From positions 4,798 to 68,797 of the IMG/VR virus record IMGVR_UViG_2531839202_000008: a DNA stretch of 64,000 nt. One strand, 5' to 3'. Of this stretch, positions 19,669-28,400 are shown piece after piece. The notes under the pieces were generated by a model. That model was not told where the DNA came from. It saw nothing but the letters and a program-made list of their open reading frames with translations, and did no database searches. The position numbers were made by a program, and so were the translations under genes. Positions within the stretch are counted from its first letter, which is position 1, and each line of letters starts with the position of its first letter. This stretch comes from a virus. Lineage: Duplodnaviria; Heunggongvirae; Uroviricota; Caudoviricetes.

Positions 19669-20318
19669 GCTTTCGCACCGCATACGGCAATACAGTGTCC
19701 GAGAACGGTTGGCGCATGTGCAACCGAGACGAATGTGACATCGTGCGCATCGACGAGCTCTACCTCGTCGATACCGCACCGCTGCGCAAGGGCGCCCCGC
19801 TGACCATCCTCGGCGCCTGGCTGTACTGGTATGACCGCAACGTCGAAGAGATCGACTCCCCGGTCTGGGGCTGGTCGCTGGAGAACGAGGTGGCCAACTC
19901 AAATCACCTGGCGGGCACAGCCGTTGACGTGAACGCACCCAAGTATCCATGGAAGCAGTACACGATGTCAGCGGCCAAGATCGCCAAGGTTCGCCAGGGC
20001 CTCAATCTGTTTGAGGGGTCTGTCTACTGGGGGCGCACCTGGGGTGAGAAGAACATCGGATCGCCGGACGAAATGCACTACCAGATGGCTTGGCCCGAAG
20101 GCGATGCGCGAAACGCCGCATTCGCCAAGAAGCTCCAAGACGGATACCTCGGCATCTACCAGGCATCCCCACCCGTGATCGTGCCCCCGGCAAAGGTCTG
20201 GCCGCAAACGGCAACCGATCGCGAGCTGCTGGAGTACATCGCCGCCCAGCTCGGACCCGGAGATCCGGCATGGGCATCCAAAGGTATGACCTTGCGCGAC
20301 AAGGTGTGGTCCAAGTGA
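19665..20318 (+). CDS. lysA: Lysin A, single-domain M15/VanY-type peptidase
   Basis: SNHLAGTAVD (SxHxxGxAxD) zinc-peptidase motif; position before lysin B. Confidence 0.7.
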   Translation: MSFRTAYGNTVSENGWRMCNRDECDIVRIDELYLVDTAPLRKGAPLTILGAWLYWYDRNVEEIDSPVWGWSLENEVANSNHLAGTAVDVNAPKYPWKQYTMSAAKIAKVRQGLNLFEGSVYWGRTWGEKNIGSPDEMHYQMAWPEGDARNAAFAKKLQDGYLGIYQASPPVIVPPAKVWPQTATDRELLEYIAAQLGPGDPAWASKGMTLRDKVWSK

Positions 20319-21490
20319 TCCGCATCGGCGACCGCAACCAGGCCGTCCGGCAGTGGCGCGCCGTGATGAACGACTGGTTTGGGCCGCTGTACACCCGGCT
20401 ACTGGGACCGCTGCCCCGCGACACCGACGAATTCGGTCCCCGCGCCGCGTCCTGGGCAGCCGAGTACCAGCGCCGCACCGGCCAGGTCCCCACCGGCGAA
20501 GTGTCCGATAACGACCTGCGCGCGTTGGGTATTGCGCCCCCGGCCCCGCCCGAGGGCCGCCACCTCGGGCTGATGTTCCGGGGCACCGGAGGCATCATCG
20601 GCCAGGACTACGTATCTCGTGTTATGCAGGCTGTGGCCAACCTCGTTGAAGAGGTACACCCCGAGTTCGCCGCGACCATGGGTGGTCTGCCGGTCGGCGC
20701 TGCTGGCGGTCCGGGTGACATTTCGATGGCCAAGGCCGTGGACATCGCCGTGGCCGACGCCAAACGCATTTTCCTGGAGCGCTACCGGATCAACCCCAAC
20801 ATCAGGGTCGTCATCGGCGGGTACTCGGCGGGCGCCGTCGCGGCGGCCAAGTTCCGTGCCTGGCTGGCCGAGCACTACCCGGATAACTACCTGTGCTCAT
20901 TCAGCATCGGCGACCCCACGCGTCCGTATGGTGGCAGCTACTACGGCGGTCCCGTCCTTGCTGGACAGGGCATTTCATCGTGGCGGTTCGGCGATGTCAA
21001 GGACTACCGGCACTGCTGGCTCACCGAGCCTGGCGATATGTACGGCAACATTCCCCTCGGCGTGGTCGGGGACATCATGGACGACTGTTTCGACATGGTG
21101 ACAGCGTTTCAGCTCTCGGATCCACTCGGGGCCGCTGGCGCCATCCTGCCGAAAATCCCCGAGATCGCCACCAAGGCCTTGGGTATCGAGCTGCCCGCCG
21201 TATTCGGCGCCCTCTCTGGCGGCCCGGCCGGCATTGCAGCCATCGGCCTGCCGCTGGTCATGGGCGGGCTACAGGGCCTACTTGGGTGGGGCGATGTCAA
21301 CAAGCTGACCGGCCCGGCCGCCGCAGCACAGGCCGCGATCATCGCTCTGCGGTTCGTCACCGCCAATCCCCCGACAGCGCCACACATTCAGTACGAATTC
21401 CGTGAAGTGTGGCCCGGCCAAACCTATCTCGGTCTGGCCATCCAGCACGTGCGCGACTGGTGCACCCGCACCCCCGCCATAGCCGCGTAA
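20315..21490 (+). CDS. lysB: Lysin B, mycolylarabinogalactan esterase with N-terminal peptidoglycan-binding domain
   Basis: GTG start overlapping lysA stop; GYSAG (GxSxG) serine esterase motif; PGBD-like N-terminus. Confidence 0.8.
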   Translation: MIRIGDRNQAVRQWRAVMNDWFGPLYTRLLGPLPRDTDEFGPRAASWAAEYQRRTGQVPTGEVSDNDLRALGIAPPAPPEGRHLGLMFRGTGGIIGQDYVSRVMQAVANLVEEVHPEFAATMGGLPVGAAGGPGDISMAKAVDIAVADAKRIFLERYRINPNIRVVIGGYSAGAVAAAKFRAWLAEHYPDNYLCSFSIGDPTRPYGGSYYGGPVLAGQGISSWRFGDVKDYRHCWLTEPGDMYGNIPLGVVGDIMDDCFDMVTAFQLSDPLGAAGAILPKIPEIATKALGIELPAVFGALSGGPAGIAAIGLPLVMGGLQGLLGWGDVNKLTGPAAAAQAAIIALRFVTANPPTAPHIQYEFREVWPGQTYLGLAIQHVRDWCTRTPAIAA

Positions 21491-21516
21491 CCACCACCCC
21501 TCGAAAGGATCTCGAA

Positions 21517-21729
21517 ATGCCCAACGACAACGTACGGTTGGCAATTCATGCCGCCAGCCTTCTCACCTTTCTCATTGCTGTGGCGATCCTCGTTGGCGTC
21601 AACCAGCTGGAGAGCTCCGAAGCGCTCCAGTGGATCACCATCGGCGCCGGTCTGATCACTGCCGGGCTGTCCACAACCAAGATGATTCAGGACCGGCGCG
21701 GCGGTGGGCCGGACGGGTCGGCTCAGTGA
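21517..21729 (+). CDS. Holin (70 aa, 2 TM)
   Basis: SD AAAGGA; two hydrophobic helices; follows lysin B. Confidence 0.6.
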   Translation: MPNDNVRLAIHAASLLTFLIAVAILVGVNQLESSEALQWITIGAGLITAGLSTTKMIQDRRGGGPDGSAQ

Positions 21730-22088
21730 TCCTGCCACCGGTACCGATCACCGAATGGCCCCCATTGCCTCCGCTGGCCCGCGACGGCTGGGAACTGGCC
21801 ACCTGGATTGTCATCGCCCTGGTCGTGCTCGTCCTCGGGATATACCGCAAGGATCTTCGCGCCGTGCTCCACCAGGTCAAGAACAGCCACGAGACCAACC
21901 TCCGCGACGACGTGGACGGAGTTGGCGACCGACTCGACGACGTGCTCGACCGGCTCGAAGAGTTCGGCCGCGACCTACGCGGAATGCGCTCCGATATCGG
22001 CGGCCTACGCGGTGAGCTGAGAGAAGAACGCAAGGACCGCTTGGCATTTGAGCACCAGGTAACAGAGAAACTGCGCGGCTCAAACTAG
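21726..22088 (+). CDS. Lysis-cassette membrane protein (1 TM plus coiled-coil)
   Basis: GTGA overlap with holin; TM WIVIALVVLVLGIY then charged coiled-coil. Confidence 0.5.
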   Translation: MILPPVPITEWPPLPPLARDGWELATWIVIALVVLVLGIYRKDLRAVLHQVKNSHETNLRDDVDGVGDRLDDVLDRLEEFGRDLRGMRSDIGGLRGELREERKDRLAFEHQVTEKLRGSN

Positions 22089-22094
22089 CCGACC

Positions 22095-22136
22095 AAAAAC
22101 GCCCCTGCTCAAATCCACTGAGCAGGGGCGTTTTTC
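22095..22136. terminator. Bidirectional intrinsic terminator
   Basis: 11-bp perfect stem GCCCCTGCTCA/TGAGCAGGGGC, A5 upstream, T5 downstream, between convergent genes. Confidence 0.7.
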
Positions 22137-22143
22137 GGCATTC

Positions 22144-22713
22144 CTAAGCCTTATTGGCTTGACATGACGGCACAACGTGATCGTTGGTGATCGCATGCAG
22201 GTACCAAACGTTCTTGACTTGCGCCAGCTCAAAGGTTGCTTCCGATGCTGCCGGAGCCTGGATTTGAGGGTCGTTGATTGTTCGCTGCGTGACGGACGTG
22301 TACGTGTAGCAGATGACCAGTGTTGCGGTGGACGCATTCAACGCAGTCGCGGATGTGGCGGCGAGATTCAAAGGGCCGGTTGGGTAGCTTTCGGCCTCGT
22401 CGGTTTCTTTGTTGCGGCCCACCGTTCCCAGTGAGCGCACATCTTCAAAGAGCGCATTCCATGCCGTCCCCTCCAACTGTGGATCAACGACAGCCACGTA
22501 CCGACGGTAGCTGGGACTGCCTTGCCCCGGTGCTCGGTAGCCTTCCACGGCTGGCCATATGTCCTTGGTGAACCTGGTGACTACCCCGTCCGTGTCGGGT
22601 GTTGAAATGGTGGACGTGCTCGCGGCGGGCGTTGTCTCGGGCGCGTTCGTTGCGGTGCAGCCCGCCACCATCGCAACCAACAGCAGCGAGGCGAAAAGCC
22701 TTGTGGGTTTCAC
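22144..22713 (-). CDS. Secreted lipoprotein (prophage-expressed moron candidate)
   Basis: signal peptide with lipobox LVAMVAGC; same orientation as integrase and repressor. Confidence 0.6.
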   Translation of the reverse strand: MKPTRLFASLLLVAMVAGCTATNAPETTPAASTSTISTPDTDGVVTRFTKDIWPAVEGYRAPGQGSPSYRRYVAVVDPQLEGTAWNALFEDVRSLGTVGRNKETDEAESYPTGPLNLAATSATALNASTATLVICYTYTSVTQRTINDPQIQAPAASEATFELAQVKNVWYLHAITNDHVVPSCQANKA

Positions 22714-23051
22714 GGATTGAGCCTCAGCACATCGGTTATCCGCCCGTCCCTGTTTGCATTGTCGATGCGCACCGGCACCCCCGAGTAGGGCGCGTCAGTC
22801 TTTCCATGCCTGGTCGCGCGCCGGGCCGGGGCCAAGGCTTTGGTCGTATCCGGGCGGGTTATCGGCCATGGGGATCGTCTTGCCGGGGATCATGGTCGGC
22901 TTGGCCCCGTTGGGGTACGGGGGGTTTCCATCGGCGCCGCCGATCGGCCCGGAGGCAATGCCGGTGACGGTAAACGTTAAGTCGCCACACAATCGGACAC
23001 ATCAAGAGAACCGACGCCGAGCTGTGATCAGGGCGATGGCCGCGACCAAAC
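22714..23051. other. 338-bp non-coding region downstream of int; candidate attP
   Basis: no codon-biased ORF; inverted GGTTATCCGCCCG / CGGGCGGGTTATC elements. Confidence 0.25.
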
Positions 23052-23996
23052 CTATGCCGGTAGATCATCCAGTCGCCGGAATGAATCGACCATGCGGGCT
23101 ATCCGGGCCGGAGCCACAGCCGTGTAGATAGCGGTTGTGGAGGGGTCTGTGTGTCCAAGGAACTCCTGTACGACCCGTAGGTCTTCATGCTCGATACCCG
23201 ACGATCCAGCCCAGTGACGCAGCGAGTGAAACGTCGAGCGGGTACCGGACTTGTGGAGCCAGTCGTTCGAAAGCTGCGAGATCTGTTGGGGTGTGACTGG
23301 GCCAGTTCCCCGCTCGCGCCGAAAGCACAGCCCCTCGGGTGCAAGCGCCGGTTCGACCATTTGCCAAGCCCACTCGGGCAGCGCTGTGACTCGCTGGTAT
23401 TCACCCTTGGTGCGCGTGAGCCGAAGGAACACCCCGCCCTCTGGGCGCCGTTCGATGTTATCCCGTTCGAGGTGGGCCACCTCTTTCGCGCGCAACCCGG
23501 CATATGCCGCCAGGATCAACCAAGCCCGCATCCGTAGGGACGGCGCATGCAGGATGGCACGCTCCATCGCCTCGAACACGATCGGCCTCGGTAAATTGCG
23601 CTTCTTGCGAGGAGTCACCAGCAGAGCGGCCGGGTTGTCAGCCCGGTACCCCCGCTGATGTATGTAGACGTAGTAGGGGCGCACCATCGCCGTCTTGTTG
23701 CGCAGCTGGTCCAACGGCACACTGTCTTGCCACGCCTCCAGCTCCCGTTCCGTGGCGTCAACAGGGTCACGCCCCAGGAAATCCACCAGGTACTGCATAT
23801 GCATCCGGCGCAGCTTGATCGTGCGCTCCGCACGACCCGCCCGCAGCATCCACCGGCAATGCTCGTCGAGGTAGGACACCCCATAGCCATAGTGCCCACC
23901 CGGCAACGAATTCAATTGTGCGCCCCCATCATTCAGCTCAACGACTGGGGCCGAAACTAAGGTCAGGTGCCCATTTCCACGGGCGTTTCTGGTCAC
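23052..23996 (-). CDS. int: Tyrosine integrase
   Basis: C-terminal HSLRHWAGS ... LGHTDPSTTAIYT (R..HxxR..Y catalytic signature). Confidence 0.9.
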   Translation of the reverse strand: MTRNARGNGHLTLVSAPVVELNDGGAQLNSLPGGHYGYGVSYLDEHCRWMLRAGRAERTIKLRRMHMQYLVDFLGRDPVDATERELEAWQDSVPLDQLRNKTAMVRPYYVYIHQRGYRADNPAALLVTPRKKRNLPRPIVFEAMERAILHAPSLRMRAWLILAAYAGLRAKEVAHLERDNIERRPEGGVFLRLTRTKGEYQRVTALPEWAWQMVEPALAPEGLCFRRERGTGPVTPQQISQLSNDWLHKSGTRSTFHSLRHWAGSSGIEHEDLRVVQEFLGHTDPSTTAIYTAVAPARIARMVDSFRRLDDLPA

Positions 23997-24134
23997 CGTT
24001 TGACTACCTTCTCGTCACCTACAAATAACGTCTGGGTGTTTCCTGTGAGCCACAGTTAGCCGCGCTATCTGCGCATTGGCGCGTGAGGTGCAGCTACGGC
24101 ACTACCGCAATTGGTTAACTCGATGTGCCCTAAA

Positions 24135-24389
24135 TCAGCGCTCAGCGAAGAACGACGCGACGCGATCACCTTTGCCGATCCCCCGAAAGTGCAGCCGCTC
24201 ACGGGTGCGGGATTGCCCCTCGCCCCACAGCATTACGCCATTCAGCGCGTAGACGACATTCGCGTAGGCGGGCGTGCCAGGTAGCCGGTATGTGCACTCA
24301 CGCACCGGCCCCGCCGCATCCGAATTACCACCGTTGGATATCCAGCCGTAAACGAAGGCCACACGGCCATGAAGCTGTGCGTCGGTCAC
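24135..24389 (-). CDS. Hypothetical 84-aa protein between integrase and repressor
   Basis: reverse-strand ORF with reasonable GC3 in the lysogenic block. Confidence 0.35.
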   Translation of the reverse strand: MTDAQLHGRVAFVYGWISNGGNSDAAGPVRECTYRLPGTPAYANVVYALNGVMLWGEGQSRTRERLHFRGIGKGDRVASFFAER

Positions 24390-24423
24390 GCGACAGCCCG
24401 AGCTTCCGATTTGCTGACCATGC

Positions 24424-24807
24424 TCACGAGGCGATCCGCTCAGACTCGCCTACCGGCGCAACCCACACAATTCGACCAGCGCCCTGACCTCGCTTACTGA
24501 AGCAACTCAATTTGTCTGACGTTGCAGCCGAGCCCGTAGGGTCGGCGTCATCCTCGGGAGCCAATGGCCCGCCCCACATTAGCCAGTCACGGTCAACACC
24601 GAGCGCCATCGCGATCTGACGGACCTTCACATTGACCCGCCGCGCGGCGCGGCCGAGTTCCATGCTCTGCCACTCACCAAAGGTCAATCCACATTGGTCA
24701 GCAGCCGCTCGCTGCGAGAGCTTTCGCTCCTGCCTTACCAGGACGAGCCGATTGGCCAAAGAGTCGGATGGCACCCATCCGACGTGCGCCTCAGTCATAA
24801 CCGTCAT
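24424..24807 (-). CDS. Immunity repressor (XRE-family HTH)
   Basis: LSQRAAADQCGLTFGEWQSMELG helix-turn-helix; divergent from Cro-like gene. Confidence 0.75.
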   Translation of the reverse strand: MTVMTEAHVGWVPSDSLANRLVLVRQERKLSQRAAADQCGLTFGEWQSMELGRAARRVNVKVRQIAMALGVDRDWLMWGGPLAPEDDADPTGSAATSDKLSCFSKRGQGAGRIVWVAPVGESERIAS

Positions 24808-24931
24808 GCACTAAACGTTATCAACACGCATGACACAGTGCAACACTTTGTTACGCGTTGACATGCCAATAATCATATAGGCGGCGTTTCACCCCTTGAC
24901 GCACTTGTAAGTCAATGACTTAATTACATCC
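24808..24931. promoter_or_regulatory. Divergent early promoter/operator region
   Basis: AT-rich; TTGACG-18 nt-TTAATT ending about 7 nt before the ATG at 24932 (leaderless); 15-bp perfect palindrome TAAGTCAaTGACTTA at 24908..24922. Confidence 0.4.
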
Positions 24932-25132
24932 ATGTCATCCCCAACCCGTGAGCTGATCGAGATTCAGCTCGGCGCGACCAAGCGGAAGTCGTTGACCGGC
25001 CTGGTGCGCCAGGGCCGACAGGCTGGCCACGGTTGGCGCAAGATCGCAGATGCCGTCTCCCGTGAGTCTGGAATCCCGGTGTCGCACACCACAATTGCGC
25101 GTTGGTTCGAGAATGAGGCGGTGACCTCATGA
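24932..25132 (+). CDS. Cro-like HTH DNA-binding protein
   Basis: 66 aa; IPVSHTTIARWF helix; divergent from repressor. Confidence 0.55.
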   Translation: MSSPTRELIEIQLGATKRKSLTGLVRQGRQAGHGWRKIADAVSRESGIPVSHTTIARWFENEAVTS

Positions 25133-25620
25133 GCGCCCTGTCTCACCCCGCCGACGAGCGCCGCATACGCGAGATCGTCCGCGATGAGCTAGCCGCGCAA
25201 GCTGCCCGCACGGCCTCGTTCGCACTGGCAGAGGACTACGCCCCGGTCATCTATCTACCGGCCGTTATCAATCGGCGGCCCGACGAGCAGCACGGGGATT
25301 GCGGGACCAATCAGGAAGAGGTTCCGAACGGTCGCACCGGAACCGGCGTCGGTGAATCCCAGATCGACCACGTTGACGGTTCCGTTTCTTGCCGCACGTA
25401 TGGCCGCCGAGACACCCTTGGCCTGCTCGGGCAGAAGCTCAATCGCCTGGCCCGCGTAGTGCAGAACGTGCGTCGGCTCGCCACCAATCTCAATGCTGTC
25501 CATAGTTCTCCCTCGTCGGCTGGTAGCACGAGGGTACGAGGGGTGGGTGGCCCCGCTACCACGGCCACCCACCCCGAATGGAAGCCACGCGGAACCGGCT
25601 CGGTCGGCGGTGCCGAATGA
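25129..25620 (+). CDS. Hypothetical early protein
   Basis: ATGA coupling at both ends (25129 and 25617). Confidence 0.45.
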   Translation: MSALSHPADERRIREIVRDELAAQAARTASFALAEDYAPVIYLPAVINRRPDEQHGDCGTNQEEVPNGRTGTGVGESQIDHVDGSVSCRTYGRRDTLGLLGQKLNRLARVVQNVRRLATNLNAVHSSPSSAGSTRVRGVGGPATTATHPEWKPRGTGSVGGAE

Positions 25621-26429
25621 GCGCCGTTGAGCTGTTCACCTACGCGAACTCCCAGAGCGTCCGCGTCGTGCGGGGTCCCGAGGATCAGCCGTGGTTCGTG
25701 CTGGCCGACCTCTGCCGGGTACTCGATATTGCGAACGTGGGGAACGTCCTCGCCAGGCTCTCCGACGCTGATAAGAGTTCAATCCGCCTGACGGATGGAA
25801 CCGCAGGGAACCCCAACAAGGCCATCGTGTCCGAGCCGGGTATGTACGAGGTCGTCATCCGTTCGGACAAGCCCGAGGCGGCGAAGTTCCGGCGTTGGAT
25901 CACAACCGAAGTACTCCCCGCTATCCGTAAGACGGGCACGTATAGCCGCTACCCTGCACAGCCCACCGAGTTGCCCTCCAAGCGCCAGCTTGCCCAGATG
26001 GTGATCGATGCCGAGGACCGCGCCGAGGCCGAGACCCGTGCTCGCGTTGAGGCTGAGTCGCGTGCCAAGGAGTTGGCCATTCCGGCGTCGGCGTGGTCGC
26101 ACATGGCTGACTCGACCGGCGACTACGCGGTAGACGACGCTGCCAAGGTTCTCTCGCGCGATCCTGCGATCAACATCGGTCGGGGCCGGTTGTTCTCATT
26201 CATGGCCGCCGAGGGGTGGATCTTCCGCGACAAATCCACCAGCCGGTGGAAGGCCTATCAGACACAAGTCGATACCGGCCGTCTGGTCGAAAAGCTCGGC
26301 TCGCCCTACCTGCATGAGCCGACCGGCGAAATGAAGCTGCCCGCGCCCACTATCCGGATCACCGCCAAGGGTCTAGCGGAGCTGCATAAGCGGCTGGGCG
26401 GGGCCGAGCAACTGCCCCTACTCGCATAG
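25617..26429 (+). CDS. Antirepressor (Bro-N / KilA-C type)
   Basis: N-terminal FTYANSQSVRVV..PWFVLADLCRVLDI Bro-N-like; C-terminal antirepressor-like. Confidence 0.65.
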   Translation: MSAVELFTYANSQSVRVVRGPEDQPWFVLADLCRVLDIANVGNVLARLSDADKSSIRLTDGTAGNPNKAIVSEPGMYEVVIRSDKPEAAKFRRWITTEVLPAIRKTGTYSRYPAQPTELPSKRQLAQMVIDAEDRAEAETRARVEAESRAKELAIPASAWSHMADSTGDYAVDDAAKVLSRDPAINIGRGRLFSFMAAEGWIFRDKSTSRWKAYQTQVDTGRLVEKLGSPYLHEPTGEMKLPAPTIRITAKGLAELHKRLGGAEQLPLLA

Positions 26430-26588
26430 CGAAATCTGTTTCACCACAACCGAATAGGAAAACCCCGACGGCGGGCACTCTCGCCAAAGAACCACCCACC
26501 GTCGGGGCCACTTCAACCAGCCTACAAGGAGGCCGGTCATGCCCCACCGTATCTACACCCCTGCACAGAGTGTCGGGGGTGGTGCCCG

Positions 26589-26921
26589 ATGACCATCGGA
26601 CACGTCTCGCACCAGACCCCGCACGCCAGCGTCGTCGTCTCTCTCGGCGCCATCAAGGCGGTTCGCCTCGGCACCGGCATTGACCGCGGTGTCGAGGTCG
26701 AATTCGAGGGCGGCACGCTGCTGACCCTCGCCCCGGAAGTGCTCGACGACATCATGCGCGAACGGGTACAGCAGGTCGTCGCTCAGATGGACAACTCGGG
26801 CGTCGGCGGTCCCACGGGAACGCTGATCGACGGCGCCGCCCGCCTCGGCGGGGTGCTCGGGTGCGAGCCGTGGAGAGATCCGTGGTCGGAGCAGGGCAAC
26901 CGATCGGGGGCAGCGCGATGA
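26589..26921 (+). CDS. Hypothetical protein sharing a 15-aa motif with minor tail protein
   Basis: preceded by a coupled 17-codon uORF with SD AAGGAGG (26539..26592). Confidence 0.45.
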   Translation: MTIGHVSHQTPHASVVVSLGAIKAVRLGTGIDRGVEVEFEGGTLLTLAPEVLDDIMRERVQQVVAQMDNSGVGGPTGTLIDGAARLGGVLGCEPWRDPWSEQGNRSGAAR

Positions 26922-27208
26922 CAAATATCATTATGCGCCATGCCTTTTGGACGGTCGCACTGCTGGCGTTCGTCTATGCCATCGTCGCTCTGTTCGATCA
27001 GCGCTACGCCCAATTCGCCGTCGTCATGGCTCTATTCGGTGTCGCGCTCGGCATTGATCTGTGGGTGAACCGGCGCGGCTGGTACCGCGACCGGGCAGCG
27101 GTCCTGCTGTTCATCGCCGCTCTCACCATCGGTGTTGCCGCCCTGTTCTCCGTACCCGCCGCGTACGCCGCCCTAACCACCTTCTCTCAGAACGGACTAC
27201 ACGAATGA
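26918..27208 (+). CDS. Small 3-TM membrane protein
   Basis: ATGA coupling; three hydrophobic helices. Confidence 0.45.
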   Translation: MTNIIMRHAFWTVALLAFVYAIVALFDQRYAQFAVVMALFGVALGIDLWVNRRGWYRDRAAVLLFIAALTIGVAALFSVPAAYAALTTFSQNGLHE

Positions 27209-27552
27209 ATCTGCCCGAGGCCAAGATTGCGCCCGAATCAATTCCCGCCCTGACCGACCCCTACGGCGACATCAGGGGTATCAACAACGCCGCGATCATC
27301 ATCGGTCTACAGAGCAAGCACGTCTATGCCGGGACCGTCCCCGAGGCGGTGGTACGCCAGCGGCGGGCCAAGAACCGCGCGGCGCGGCGCGCTCGGCGGG
27401 GGAACATCTCGGCCTTGCGCCGACAGGCCCGGCTCAACCGGAAGGTGCGCCGTCCTAGCCGCCGAATGCCATACGACATGGGCCACTTGATTGGTACGGC
27501 GCCGGGTGCCCCATGGCTGATCCACGAGCCGGAAGCTGGTGCGGCCGAATGA
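27205..27552 (+). CDS. Arg-rich hypothetical protein (nucleic-acid binding?)
   Basis: ATGA coupling; RRAKNRAARRARRG stretch. Confidence 0.4.
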   Translation: MNLPEAKIAPESIPALTDPYGDIRGINNAAIIIGLQSKHVYAGTVPEAVVRQRRAKNRAARRARRGNISALRRQARLNRKVRRPSRRMPYDMGHLIGTAPGAPWLIHEPEAGAAE

Positions 27553-27707
27553 ACCCCATCTACGAGCCCTACGCCAACCTCGCTGAGTTCCACGAGTCCA
27601 TCAGCTACGGCAAGCACTCCAGCGGGCGTGTCTACTGCGGCCCATCCACTCCCGGCTACACCCCACGGCACCGCGCCGAGGACAACGCCAAGGTAGGTGC
27701 GTAATGC
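27549..27707 (+). CDS. Small hypothetical protein (52 aa)
   Basis: ATGA coupling both sides. Confidence 0.3.
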
Positions 27708-28000
27708 CAGAGCCAACACGGGCATTGCTCGAAATGGTCGCCGAGGTGGCGGACAAGCTCCAAGACCTCACGGCCCAGATCGAACCGGCTTCGCCGACAT
27801 ACCACTCGGGGCGCGCTTGGAGTCCGGAAGGACTGCGTGGATACGTGACCAGGTGGACCGCTGTGCTCGATGAGCGAGACGCCCTCAAGCGGGCGCTCAC
27901 TGAGACATTGTGGGAGCTGCCCGCTGGTGCGAATCCTGATTATGCCGCCGCCGCGATCCTGCATCACTTTGACGTTAAGCCGAAGGGAGGCAAGGCATGA
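27704..28000 (+). CDS. Hypothetical protein
   Basis: TAATG coupling; 98 aa. Confidence 0.45.
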   Translation: MPEPTRALLEMVAEVADKLQDLTAQIEPASPTYHSGRAWSPEGLRGYVTRWTAVLDERDALKRALTETLWELPAGANPDYAAAAILHHFDVKPKGGKA

Positions 28001-28188
28001 CGCTCGCGTGGACCGAGAAGGTGGACGAGCTGCGTTCGCTCGGCTACCAGGACTGGGAGATTGCCAAGAAGCTCGGGAACTCGCCCGCGACGTTTCAGCG
28101 TATGGCCTTGCGGCACAACAAGGGTGTTGACGACCTCATGAACACCCTTGCGCGAGAAGAGAAACTGTCGCGGGGGTGGGTCTCGTGA
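27997..28188 (+). CDS. HTH DNA-binding protein (sigma-70 region-4-like)
   Basis: LGYQDWEIAKKLGNSPATFQRM helix-turn-helix. Confidence 0.5.
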   Translation: MTLAWTEKVDELRSLGYQDWEIAKKLGNSPATFQRMALRHNKGVDDLMNTLAREEKLSRGWVS

Positions 28189-28400
28189 AGACGCATCCGG
28201 TGGGCGTGGGCGATTGCCCCGCCGTCTTCGGCGCCTACTTCTGCACCCGCGACGACGGTCACGACGGCAGCCACATGGCGGCCGGGATCGGCGAGGTACT
28301 AGCGGTCTGGGATTCCGAGTTGGCCTGGTGCAACGGCGACCGCGAGGGCGGGCTGTGGTTCGGCAACACCGGGCGCGAGTGGGTCGAGGTCGCCGAATGA
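28185..28400 (+). CDS. Hypothetical protein
   Basis: GTGA coupling; 71 aa. Confidence 0.4.
   Translation: MKTHPVGVGDCPAVFGAYFCTRDDGHDGSHMAAGIGEVLAVWDSELAWCNGDREGGLWFGNTGREWVEVAE

Noticed and set aside
20090-21490. 466-aa ORF start for lysin B
   Set aside because: The upstream 75 codons overlap lysin A in another frame. The GTG at 20315 overlapping the lysA stop, with the PGBD-like N-terminus starting there, is the sensible start.
25255-25503. Antisense ORF (83 aa from ATG 25503, SD-like GGGAGAA) inside forward gene 25129-25620
   Set aside because: The forward gene is translationally coupled at both ends (ATGA at 25129 and 25617) and fits the operon. Long antisense ORFs are expected at this GC content. 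Kept only as a low-probability embedded gene.
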